Part shown: one piece after another, positions 19,211 to 27,592 of the stretch | Position numbering within the stretch: position 1 is the stretch's first letter | Layout of the letters: each line of letters begins with the position of its first letter | NCBI GenBank assembly: GCA_022646745.1 | Contig: CP060262.1 | Coordinates: forward strand, 3,540,001-3,572,000 | DNA: 32,000 nucleotides | Origin: Planctomycetales bacterium | GTDB lineage: Bacteria; 4484-113; JAFGCY01 | Reading direction: 5' to 3' | Position numbers and translations under genes: made by a program | The notes under the pieces: generated by a model | Database searches by the model: none | What the model saw: the letters and a program-made list of their open reading frames with translations, nothing else | What the model was told of the DNA's origin: nothing

Positions 19211-21421
19211 TCAGGCCGCCGGACCGCTCAGCGCGACGTAGTTCAGTTCATCACTGCCATAGATGTCGCGGGCGCTGGACCAGTTGCTGACAACCACTCC
19301 GCGGCAGCTGAGGCCATGCTGTGCCAGCACTGAGAGCGCCTTTTCCAGTTCCTCAGCACTGCAGGCTCCCTGGGCCACGCAGAGCACGATGCTGTCAAGC
19401 TTTGCGGCCAGCTCCTGCTCGACGTTCCAGCGCAGCGGTGAGTTGAACAGCACGGCGCAGCGGCCGGACGGCAGGCTGGCGCCCTCATAGCGTGATCCCG
19501 CGGCCTTTGACAGGTCGGCAGCGGCCCGCTTCGGCTGGGCGGATTCATCACCAGGGAAGCTGACCTTCAGGGCCTGCAGTCCGTTGCCAGGCAGGGCATC
19601 CACCAGCGTTGCGTTTGCACCAGTTGCCAGCCAGGCGGCCGGATCCCAGGATGGGCGTCCGGCTGGCAGGAATACGAGGCCGAGCTTGTCCCCCGTGGAG
19701 AACAGCAGCTGTCCGAGCTGGGCCGCCAGTTCCTCGTCAGGCTTCACCGGGCTCCAGCGACGGCGGTGGCGTGAGCCGGGCAGTACGGCGAGCACCGGCA
19801 GGCCGACCTCGCTGCGCACCTCCTTCAGGGTGCGGAAACGGTTGCCACTGGACTCGCGGAACAGCAGCACCAGCACCACGAGCATCAGGCCGGCGAAGCC
19901 GCCAAGCGCGGTGTTGCGTCCGATTGCGGGCTTCTCGCGCTTGGAGGGCATCACTGCCTCGTCCATCAGCGAGACGTCCATGCTGGCATTGACTTTGGCA
20001 AGATTCGTCTCGGTGCGCTGCTTCTCGAGGATCTCAAGGATGTCACGCAGGCTCTTGAGCTCTGCGTTGAGGATGTTCATCTCGCTGTTGGCTTCCGGCA
20101 TTGCAGACAGTTCGCTGCTGAGTTCACCGTAGTCGCCGCCGAGTTCGTTTTCCGCCAGCACCAGCGCCTGGCGGTTGCTCCTGAGGCTGTCACCGATCTG
20201 GTCGATCGTGATGCCTATCTGGTTGCGCAGGTTGACGATGTCGGGATGCTTCTCCGTCTTGTTTGAGAGATGGTTCTCCAGCGAGGTGATCTGCTGGCTG
20301 AGCTTGGTCACCAGCGTGTTCTCCAGCTCGAGCGGGGTGGCCGGGGCCTGGATGATGTCGTTCAGTTCCTGCGGGCTGACGGTGTCCATCGCGGCCAGCA
20401 CGTTGTCAATCTGCTTGATGGCGATGCGGTTCTGGGTCTGCTGGGTGGCGATCTGCGACATGCGCTGGACCGTGATCTCACCCTGGGCGATCGGATTGAA
20501 CAGGCCGGTCTCGTCCTGGATGTCCTGGATCTGCTGGACAAGTGTCTCGATCCGGTCACCGGCCTTGTCCGACTGCTCGTCGATGAAGGCCAGCATGTTG
20601 TCATACTCATCATAGGTCTTCGAGCGCGAAAGCTCGAAGTACTTCGCCACGATGCTGTCCACCGCCTGCCTGGCAATCAGCGGGTTGTAGCTGGTGAAGC
20701 GTACGCCAAGCACGTTTGAATCCGGGGCGGCCGGCCCGACGGTGAGCGATTCCTTGTAGCTGTTCCAGGCCTCGAAGTCCGGGCGCACCTTCAGCAGGTA
20801 GCGGTATCCGGCCTTGTGGCTGCCACCGAAGTGCGGGGTGAAGCTGATGTTCTTGCCAACGACGGGTTCGCCGTTGGCACCGCTCTTGTCGTCCAGCTTC
20901 CAGTTGCCGTCGGCATCAGCCGTGATCCACATCTCCTGTGTTGCCATCATGTCCGGATTGACTTCGACGTCGCTGATCACGATCCGGGTGTAGATGTCCT
21001 GGCGGGGCTGCTTGGCACTGGTGCCGCGCCCGAACTTGCCAAGCACACGCTCCAAAGGCGCTTCCGGCCCCTGAGGGTCGTAGATGTCCACCTGCAGGCC
21101 AAGTTCGTCAATCACCTGCCAGCCGATCTCGCGGCTGGTGAGTGTGAGGATCTCGTCATTGAGGGCCGCCGGTGAACCGCCGAGCAGGCTCAGGCCGGAC
21201 AGCAGGCTGGAACCGCCTCCCCCGCCCTTGTTGACGGCGATGGTGGCGGAGGTGCCGTAACGCGGCGGCATGAACAGTGAGGCCGCGAGGAAAACGAGGG
21301 CGCCGATCACCGTCGAGCAGGCGAGCAGCCAGATATGGCTGCGGAAAATCCATCCAAGCAGCCGCTGGCCATACTCCGGATCATTGGAATGATCCCACTT
21401 TCTCCGCTCTTCCTGACTCAT
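19211..21421 (-). CDS. Polysaccharide co-polymerase (Wzz/GumC/PCP-2-like) with a degenerate C-terminal P-loop (BY-kinase-like) domain
   Basis: 736 aa. The N-terminal TM plus Wzz-type block is LLACSTVIGALVFLAASLFMPPRYGTSATIAV. A long coiled-coil periplasmic region and a second TM (ALGGFAGLMLVVLVLLF) follow. The C-terminal ~215 aa has the strand/helix pattern of BY-kinases but no intact Walker motifs. Confidence 0.85.
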   Translation of the reverse strand: MSQEERRKWDHSNDPEYGQRLLGWIFRSHIWLLACSTVIGALVFLAASLFMPPRYGTSATIAVNKGGGGGSSLLSGLSLLGGSPAALNDEILTLTSREIGWQVIDELGLQVDIYDPQGPEAPLERVLGKFGRGTSAKQPRQDIYTRIVISDVEVNPDMMATQEMWITADADGNWKLDDKSGANGEPVVGKNISFTPHFGGSHKAGYRYLLKVRPDFEAWNSYKESLTVGPAAPDSNVLGVRFTSYNPLIARQAVDSIVAKYFELSRSKTYDEYDNMLAFIDEQSDKAGDRIETLVQQIQDIQDETGLFNPIAQGEITVQRMSQIATQQTQNRIAIKQIDNVLAAMDTVSPQELNDIIQAPATPLELENTLVTKLSQQITSLENHLSNKTEKHPDIVNLRNQIGITIDQIGDSLRSNRQALVLAENELGGDYGELSSELSAMPEANSEMNILNAELKSLRDILEILEKQRTETNLAKVNASMDVSLMDEAVMPSKREKPAIGRNTALGGFAGLMLVVLVLLFRESSGNRFRTLKEVRSEVGLPVLAVLPGSRHRRRWSPVKPDEELAAQLGQLLFSTGDKLGLVFLPAGRPSWDPAAWLATGANATLVDALPGNGLQALKVSFPGDESAQPKRAAADLSKAAGSRYEGASLPSGRCAVLFNSPLRWNVEQELAAKLDSIVLCVAQGACSAEELEKALSVLAQHGLSCRGVVVSNWSSARDIYGSDELNYVALSGPAA

Positions 21422-21638
21422 GCCCCGAGTCCGGCAGAATTGCCGGTCCTTCCTCGAACGGATATTCTAGCAAAGCGAAGGCCGGCCACATGCAGTGGAT
21501 CAGCAGTCAGTTGTTAATAATAATAAGAACATTCGATATTTGTCGATTTTTTCGTAAATAGTACGAGAATACCCTCCTGGGGCAGGTAAGTAATGACAGG
21601 TTGTGAAACCGGGACACCATTAATGAGAGGTGAATGCA

Positions 21639-22073
21639 ATGAGTGCAGCAAAGATGAGCAGTAATCGTGAGGAACTGATCCAGGGCCTGAACCATGCCCT
21701 CAACCGTGAGGTCTCGACCTTCCTGCGCTACATGATCAGCGCGGCCAAGATCAAGGGCATCGTCAATGCCCCGGTGCGGGACATGTATGCCGCCGAGGTG
21801 AAGGACGAGATCGGGCATGCCACTTACCTGGCGGACAAGATCGTGATGCTGGGCGGAAACCCGGTGCTCAACCCGGACCTGACACCCCCGGCCGATGACG
21901 TACTGGAAATGCTGAAGTACGATATCGCCCAGGAGAAGATCGATGTGGAAGGCTACATGAAGCTTGCCGAAATGGCCGACCGCGAGGGACTCGCTGAGCT
22001 GAAGCTGCGCATGGAGGACCAGGCTGCTGATGAAGCCAGCCATGCGGAAATGATGACCCGCCTGCTTGGCTAG
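21639..22073 (+). CDS. Ferritin-like di-iron four-helix-bundle protein (bacterioferritin/Dps-like)
   Basis: Two E...ExxH halves are present: NREVS...EVKDEIGHA and QEKIDVEGY...EDQAADEASHA. The ATG at 21639 lies 8 nt after the GAGAGG SD. The track starts at GTG 21630. Confidence 0.8.
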   Translation: MSAAKMSSNREELIQGLNHALNREVSTFLRYMISAAKIKGIVNAPVRDMYAAEVKDEIGHATYLADKIVMLGGNPVLNPDLTPPADDVLEMLKYDIAQEKIDVEGYMKLAEMADREGLAELKLRMEDQAADEASHAEMMTRLLG

Positions 22074-22097
22074 GCTAGTCCACCAAACATGGAAATG

Positions 22098-22140
22098 AAC
22101 CGTCCCGCAGCAGTCGGATTGATTGCCCGGGACGGTTTTT
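22098..22140 (+). terminator. Rho-independent terminator after the ferritin-like gene
   Basis: A perfect 10-bp stem, aaccgtcccg (22098-22107) / cgggacggtt (22128-22137), with a 20-nt loop and a T-run to 22140. Confidence 0.6.
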
Positions 22141-22234
22141 GCATTTCATGGAGGATTGCGGATCGGATTATGGGACCACTGAGAAAGTTATAATGTACTT
22201 TCGAATCCTTATTTACGATTCCAAGAGGTAAATC

Positions 22235-23365
22235 ATGGGAGTCCCCCTTCTTGATCTGCATGCCCAGTGGAGGCAGATCGCAGACGAAGTCAAGGCCGCG
22301 CTGGAGCCGGTCTATGACAGCCAGTACTTCATCATGGGCCCGCAGGTGGCGACCCTCGAGACAGAGATTGCCGAGTACTGCGGTGCTGTCCACGGCGTCG
22401 GCTGTGCCAGTGGTTCCGATGCCCTGGTGCTTGCGCTGATGGCTCTGGAAGTCGGCCCCGGCGATGAGGTGATCCTGCCCACGCACACCTTCTTTGCCAC
22501 GGCCGGGGCGGTGTCCCGCGTAGGCGCGACTCCGGTGTTCGCCGACATCGACCCCGAGACCTTCAACATCACCGCCGCCGAGATCGACAGGCTGGCAACC
22601 AGTCGCACCAAGGCCGCGATCCCCGTGCACCTCTACGGCCAGGTGGCGGACATGGACCCGATCCTGGACGTCTGCAAGGCCCGTGGCATCCGCGTGGTGG
22701 AGGACGCCGCCCAGAGCATCGGTGCCAAGCAGAACGGCCGGCGTGTCGGACAGACCGGCGGTGACATCGCAACCTTCAGCTTCTTCCCGAGCAAGAACCT
22801 CGGAGCGATGGGTGACGGCGGCATGTGCGTCACGAATGATGATGAGCTGGCGGACCGCATGCGCATCCTGCGCAACCATGGCGCCAAGCCGAAGTACTAC
22901 CACAAGCTGATCGGCCTCAACTCCCGCCTGGACACCATGCAGGCGGCGATCCTGTCCGTGAAGCTGAAGTACCTCGAGGCCTGGCATGAGGGCCGCCGCG
23001 CCAACGCAGCGGATTATGACAAGCGCTTCGCGGGCAACCCGCACATCGTGACCCCGAAGATCAAGGAGCACAACTGGAGCATCTACAACCAGTACAGCAT
23101 CCTGATCACCAATGGCCAACGCGACAACGTGATGGCCGGCCTGAAGGAGCGCGGCATCGGTAATGAGATCTACTACCCCGTTCCGCTGCACCTGCAGGAA
23201 TGCTACAGCGAGCTCGGTGGACGCGAGGGTGACCTGCCTGTGTCTGAGAAGGCCGCCAAGGAGATCTTCAGCATTCCGATCTACCCCGAGCTGACCAATG
23301 AGCAGCGCGAGGAAGTTGCCAATGCAGTGATCGAGCTGGTTGGCAGCACCGCCGCTGCCAGCTGA
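22235..23365 (+). CDS. DegT/DnrJ/EryC1/StrS-family PLP-dependent sugar aminotransferase (WbpE/WecE-like)
   Basis: 376 aa. YFIMGPQVATLETEIAEYCG, GCASGSDALVLAL, FADIDPETFNI and FSFFPSKNLGAMGDGGM (with the PLP lysine) are family hallmarks. AGAGG SD upstream. A TATAAT box lies at 22189-22194. Confidence 0.93.
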   Translation: MGVPLLDLHAQWRQIADEVKAALEPVYDSQYFIMGPQVATLETEIAEYCGAVHGVGCASGSDALVLALMALEVGPGDEVILPTHTFFATAGAVSRVGATPVFADIDPETFNITAAEIDRLATSRTKAAIPVHLYGQVADMDPILDVCKARGIRVVEDAAQSIGAKQNGRRVGQTGGDIATFSFFPSKNLGAMGDGGMCVTNDDELADRMRILRNHGAKPKYYHKLIGLNSRLDTMQAAILSVKLKYLEAWHEGRRANAADYDKRFAGNPHIVTPKIKEHNWSIYNQYSILITNGQRDNVMAGLKERGIGNEIYYPVPLHLQECYSELGGREGDLPVSEKAAKEIFSIPIYPELTNEQREEVANAVIELVGSTAAAS

Positions 23366-23394
23366 TCCGAAGAAACAGCGAACAGAGAATAGTT

Positions 23395-23425
23395 AAGGGG
23401 AGCCTGCGGGCTCCCCTTTTTGTTT
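23395..23425 (+). terminator. Rho-independent terminator after the aminotransferase gene
   Basis: A perfect 10-bp stem, aaggggagcc / ggctcccctt, with loop tgcg and tail tttgttt. Confidence 0.85.
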
Positions 23426-23518
23426 AGAATAGTCCATTTCCAACACGCCCAATAGATGAATAAATTGACAACTGGCAACGTATGAAAGTTGCCAGGCGTT
23501 TGCCGTTATACTAGTCCC

Positions 23519-24856
23519 ATGCCCTCCCCCCGTCCTGAAAATGACCGCATCGCCGTGTTCATTGACGCGGAGAACCTGATCATTAGCGCCCAGCAGGCCG
23601 GCCTGCCGCTGCGCATGGAGCTGGTGATGGACAGCATCCGCGAGGAGGGGGTGGTCAGCTTCGCCCGGGCCTACGGGGACTGGAGCCAGGCCCACATGAA
23701 GCCCTACCAGCAGGACTTCCTCGGCAATGTGATCGAGATGAGCATGCTGGCGACGAGCTACGAGAAGAACACCGGGGACATGCAGATCGCCTGCGACGCG
23801 CTGGAGATGGCACTGATCGGCTCCGCCCCGCACTGCTTCGTAATAGTGGGTGGCGACCGGGACTTCGTGCCGCTGGTGCAGAAGCTCAAGCGCTACGGCA
23901 TGCGTGTGATCGGCATCGGGCTGCGCAAGACCACCAGCCAGTACCTGGACAAGGTCTGCGACCAGTTCATCTTCTATGACAACCTGATCTCCGACATCGA
24001 GGATGCAGTCCCATCCGAGACCGTGGTTGAGCTGGCGCCGCTGGACGGCGCAACTGACGTGGTCAGTGAGGAAACGCTGCTGTTTGACCTGATGCTGCGG
24101 GCCGTACACGCCCTGGAGCGCAAGGGCGTGGTACCCAGCGGGGCCAGTGTCAACAACATGATGCGCCAGCTGGACCCCAAATACACCGGCACTCCGCCGC
24201 AGTACTACAAGTTCAGGGAACTGGCTGAGGCGGCGCAGACGGCCGGCTTCGTCAGGCTGCGGGAAGGCAGCGGGCTGGACTTCCAGCTGGAAAGCGCGCG
24301 CAAGTACACCCGCACGCTGCCGGAGGCGACGCCAGTCAGGCTGGCGGCCTTCGAGACCCTGGATGACGATGCCACCCTGCTGTCACGCTACCGCTCGATC
24401 CTGCAGGAAAAGGGTGTGCCATTGATCCCCTGGGAACAGCGCAGCAGGCTGGTAACGGCTTTGTGGCAGGAGTTCCGTGATTACCTGGAGCCGTTCAGCA
24501 TGCATCGCATCAACCAGCGGCTGGTGGACATCGCGGCGCGCAACATGTACCACCTGCCGGACCGGGCCTGCCAGAAGCTGACGCATACCATGAACATCGG
24601 GCGCTGCTTCCTGTTCGATGGCAACGCCGAGTACCGCAGCCGCATCGACTTCAACGAGGAGAACATGCGCCCGGCGGTGGAGGCGGACGAAGCCCTGCTC
24701 AGGGTCAACCGCACCTACCTGACGGGCATCCGCAAGGATGAGCCGGACATCGAGATGCGCCAGCGGCCGGTCAGCATGCTACTGTTCAATGACGGCAGCG
24801 ATGTGCATGCATTCGAGGTGGACCAGCTGCTCAGCTCCATGCACCAGTACATGTAG
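23519..24856 (+). CDS. NYN-domain (LabA/PIN-like ribonuclease fold) protein with OST-HTH/LOTUS domain and an uncharacterised C-terminal region
   Basis: IAVFIDAENLIISAQQ...ARAYGDW...TGDMQIACDALEMA...FVIVGGDRDFVPLVQKLKRYGMRVIGIG is the NYN/LabA pattern. LLFDLMLRAVHALERKGVVPSGASVNNMMRQLDPKY...YKFRELAEAAQTAGFVRL is LOTUS-like. The last ~180 aa have no motif I recognise. The ATG at 23519 is preferred over the TTG at 23489 used in the track. Confidence 0.8.
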   Translation: MPSPRPENDRIAVFIDAENLIISAQQAGLPLRMELVMDSIREEGVVSFARAYGDWSQAHMKPYQQDFLGNVIEMSMLATSYEKNTGDMQIACDALEMALIGSAPHCFVIVGGDRDFVPLVQKLKRYGMRVIGIGLRKTTSQYLDKVCDQFIFYDNLISDIEDAVPSETVVELAPLDGATDVVSEETLLFDLMLRAVHALERKGVVPSGASVNNMMRQLDPKYTGTPPQYYKFRELAEAAQTAGFVRLREGSGLDFQLESARKYTRTLPEATPVRLAAFETLDDDATLLSRYRSILQEKGVPLIPWEQRSRLVTALWQEFRDYLEPFSMHRINQRLVDIAARNMYHLPDRACQKLTHTMNIGRCFLFDGNAEYRSRIDFNEENMRPAVEADEALLRVNRTYLTGIRKDEPDIEMRQRPVSMLLFNDGSDVHAFEVDQLLSSMHQYM

Positions 24857-24870
24857 CGGGAGAAGCCGAA

Positions 24871-25356
24871 ATGGCAATTGAGGTGAGGCTTGCCAGGCCG
24901 GAGGACATACCGGCCATTGCCGCACTGCACCGCCTGTCTCGCGAACGCCTCGCCCGCTTCATCCCCCCGCGGCTCGGCAGCACTTTCCATGATTCACTGC
25001 AGGCCGGTGAGGAAGATGCGCTGTTCCGTGAGCAGCTCGCTGACGACGACTGCCTGCTGGCGGTAGCGGAGCTGGATGGGCGCTACTGCGGATTCATCAG
25101 TGCGACGGTACAACCCTACGAGGACGATCTGCTCCACAGCCCATACCTCACGATAGAGTTCGTCGAGGTCGAGCCCGGCCTGTCGGGCCAGGGGGTCGGC
25201 ACCCAGCTGATCCAGGCGGCGGAGAACTTCGCCAGACTGCGAGGCATCCGCAATGTGGACCTGCAGGTCTGGCAGGACAACCCGCGCGCGCAGTCACTCT
25301 ACGGGAGGCTTGGCTACTCCCCGCTGGAGATCAGGATGTACAAGCTGCTCGACTGA
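24871..25356 (+). CDS. GNAT-family N-acetyltransferase
   Basis: 161 aa. The acetyl-CoA motif A is VEVEPGLSGQGVGTQLIQAAENFARLRG and motif B is SLYGRLGYSP. It starts 14 nt after the NYN gene stop. Confidence 0.9.
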   Translation: MAIEVRLARPEDIPAIAALHRLSRERLARFIPPRLGSTFHDSLQAGEEDALFREQLADDDCLLAVAELDGRYCGFISATVQPYEDDLLHSPYLTIEFVEVEPGLSGQGVGTQLIQAAENFARLRGIRNVDLQVWQDNPRAQSLYGRLGYSPLEIRMYKLLD

Positions 25357-25366
25357 AGCAGCAGGA

Positions 25367-26668
25367 TCAGAGCTTGGCGACCTTGCCGGCGGTACGATCA
25401 AGGTGGCCGGTCATGTTCTTGGTGTCGAACACCAGCTGCGCGTTGTCAACCACCCACTGGTAGTCGACCCCGCTGTGCCCGGTGGCAATGAACACAAGGT
25501 CGGCACCCTTCACCAGCTCCTCGTTCAGCTCACTGCTCTGAAGGTTGTGCTCCTCGACGCGGCAGTGCGGCACATGCGCATCGTGGTAGACCACGTCAGC
25601 CCCCTTCTCAAAGAGCAGCTTGGCGACGTCCAGCGCGGGGGACTCGCGCACGTCGTCAATGTTCTCCTTGTAGGCCATGCCGAGGATCAGCACGCGGCAG
25701 CCCTTGAGCGCCTTGCCGTGCTCATTGAGCTGCTCCATCACGCGGGTCACGACGTAGTGCGGCATGTTGCTGTTGATGCTGTCCGCGAGGTCAATGAACT
25801 GGGCCTTGAAGTCAAGGCTCGTGAGCTTCCACTTCAGGTATAGCGGGTCAATCGGGATGCAGTGGCCGCCGAGGCCGGGGCCGGGATAGAAGGGCATGAA
25901 GCCGAAGGGCTTGGTCTTGGAGGCTTCGATCACCTCCCAGACGTCCACGTCCAGCTTCTCACAGATCATCGCCATCTCGTTGATGAAGCCGATGTTGATC
26001 GCGCGGAAGGAGTTCTCCAGCAGCTTCACGAGCTCTGCGGCGCGGGTGCTGGTGACGGGGTGCACATGCTCCAAAGCGTAGTCATAGACCTCGGTGGCGA
26101 TGCGGGTGCATTCCTCGGTTACGCCGCCGATGATCTTCGGGGTGTTCTTGACGGTGTAGCGTACATTTCCTGGGTCGACTCGTTCCGGGCTGAAGGCCAG
26201 GTGGAAGTCCTGCCCGCACTTCATGCCGGTTTCCTCAAGCAGCGGCAGGGCCAGCTCGTCGGTGGTGCCCGGGTAGGTTGTGCTCTCCAGCACGATCACT
26301 TGTCCCTTCTGCAGGTGGCGGATGATCTCAGCGAGGGCAGCCTCGATGTAGGTTACATCGGGGTCCTTGCTCTTGGAGAGCGGCGTCGGAACGCAGATGC
26401 TGATCACGGAGCAGTCCACGAGGCGGCTGAAGTCGGTCGTGCCCTCGATCAGGCCCTTGTCCACCAGCGGCTTGAGGTTCTCGCTCTTCACGTCGCCGAT
26501 GTAGGACTCGCCGCGGTTGATGGAATCAACCTTTGTCTTGTCGATGTCGAAGCCGATCACATGCATGCCGGCCTCGGCAAAGGCCTCGGCAAGCGGCAGG
26601 CCGACATAGCCCTGGCCGATGATGCCGAACTTCTTCGAACCGTCAATTAACTGCTTTACGTAATCCAT
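25367..26668 (-). CDS. Nucleotide-sugar 6-dehydrogenase (UDP-GlcNAc/UDP-ManNAc dehydrogenase family; WbpA/TviB/WecC-like)
   Basis: 433 aa. The Rossmann motif is FGIIGQGYVGLPLAEAFAEAGMHVIGFDID. The catalytic Cys block is PGPGLGGHCIPIDP and the C-terminal UDP-binding domain is ILGMAYKENIDDVRESPA. Confidence 0.92.
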   Translation of the reverse strand: MDYVKQLIDGSKKFGIIGQGYVGLPLAEAFAEAGMHVIGFDIDKTKVDSINRGESYIGDVKSENLKPLVDKGLIEGTTDFSRLVDCSVISICVPTPLSKSKDPDVTYIEAALAEIIRHLQKGQVIVLESTTYPGTTDELALPLLEETGMKCGQDFHLAFSPERVDPGNVRYTVKNTPKIIGGVTEECTRIATEVYDYALEHVHPVTSTRAAELVKLLENSFRAINIGFINEMAMICEKLDVDVWEVIEASKTKPFGFMPFYPGPGLGGHCIPIDPLYLKWKLTSLDFKAQFIDLADSINSNMPHYVVTRVMEQLNEHGKALKGCRVLILGMAYKENIDDVRESPALDVAKLLFEKGADVVYHDAHVPHCRVEEHNLQSSELNEELVKGADLVFIATGHSGVDYQWVVDNAQLVFDTKNMTGHLDRTAGKVAKL

Positions 26669-26760
26669 TGAATGTACCTGTAAGCGGATTTGGGAAACGG
26701 AGATTATATCGCGTATTCCGGCACAATATCCGGGCGCGGCCCAATTCCACCACCCGGCTG

Positions 26761-26789
26761 TTCCAATGAATATCTCTTGGTGCTAGAAT
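26761..26789 (+). promoter_or_regulatory. Putative extended -10 promoter for the formyltransferase-oxidoreductase-exporter operon
   Basis: TTCCAA (26761-26766), 17-nt spacer ending in TGc, then TAGAAT (26784-26789). It lies about 85 nt upstream of the TTG start at 26873. Confidence 0.45.
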
Positions 26790-26872
26790 CCTAGGCCGCC
26801 AGTCCAGCAAGGGTTTGCACCCGCTGTCCGCTGTGACGCAGGCACGATTTACAGTCATCTCAGGAACCCGAC

Positions 26873-27580
26873 TTGAGCGCCAACACGAAGATCGCACTGT
26901 TTGCCTACAACTTCCCGCACCGGAAGACCCAGGACTTCATCTTCAAGATGATGGTCGAAGGCCATACACCGGCGCTGATCATAGCGGCGGACCCGGTCAA
27001 GCTCAACATCCCGCCGGCCAGCGTGCGTACGAAGGTGCGCCACCGTGGCGAGCTGCATCCGCGCGCGATCGCCGAGAAGCTCAACATCCCCTATGTGGTG
27101 CTGCCGCACAACAGCAAGGATGTAGTGAAGGCCGTTGAGGAGCATGGGATCGAGCTGTCGGTGATCGCCGGGGCGCGCATCCTGAAGAAGCACATCATTG
27201 ATGCATTCAAGTATGGTGTGATCAACTACCATCCGGGCCTGATCCCGCAGACCCGCGGGCTGGACGCGATGATGTGGAGTGTCTACAACGACATCCCGCA
27301 GGCGGTGACCGCCCACCTGATCGACCCGCGCGTGGACGCCGGGCGCATCATGTTCGTGGAGGACATGCCGATCTGGAAGGACGACACCCCGTTCGACTTC
27401 CAGGAGCGACTGTATGAGATGCAGATTGACATGATCCCGCGCTCAATTGAAATGGCGCTTGCCGGCGAGGGATACGATGTCGGTGAGGACACGACACACA
27501 ATACGAAGATGGACCCGGAGACCGAAGCGGAGACCCTGCGCCGCTTCCCGGCATACGTAGAGCGGCGGGCGAACCGCTAA
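26873..27580 (+). CDS. Formyltransferase-family protein (PurN/Fmt N-terminal-domain type; candidate sugar N-formyltransferase)
   Basis: 235 aa. GVINYHPGLIPQTRGLD matches the N-x-H-x-S/G-L-L-P-x-x-R-G motif. VTAHLIDPRVDAGRIM matches the H...D-x-G motif. TTG start with an AGGA SD 7 nt upstream. There is no in-frame ATG near the N-terminus. Confidence 0.8.
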   Translation: MSANTKIALFAYNFPHRKTQDFIFKMMVEGHTPALIIAADPVKLNIPPASVRTKVRHRGELHPRAIAEKLNIPYVVLPHNSKDVVKAVEEHGIELSVIAGARILKKHIIDAFKYGVINYHPGLIPQTRGLDAMMWSVYNDIPQAVTAHLIDPRVDAGRIMFVEDMPIWKDDTPFDFQERLYEMQIDMIPRSIEMALAGEGYDVGEDTTHNTKMDPETEAETLRRFPAYVERRANR

Positions 27581-27592
27581 CGGAGAACTGAC

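Noticed and set aside
22070-23191. A 373-aa minus-strand ORF opposite the DegT aminotransferase. Similar long antisense ORFs occur at 9243-9878, 15076-15978, 16105-17142, 25862-26650, 27665-28432, 28545-29174 and 29634-30272.
   Set aside because: All are mirror frames of genes with strong family motifs and have biased H/R/D/V/G-rich compositions. They are shadow ORFs of a GC-rich genome.
23472-23495. A possible sigma-54 promoter, because of TGGCA...TTGC within the dyad upstream of the NYN gene.
   Set aside because: The GG-to-GC spacing is about 5 nt longer than the strict -24/-12 geometry (TGGCAC-N5-TTGC), so it does not fit a sigma-54 promoter.
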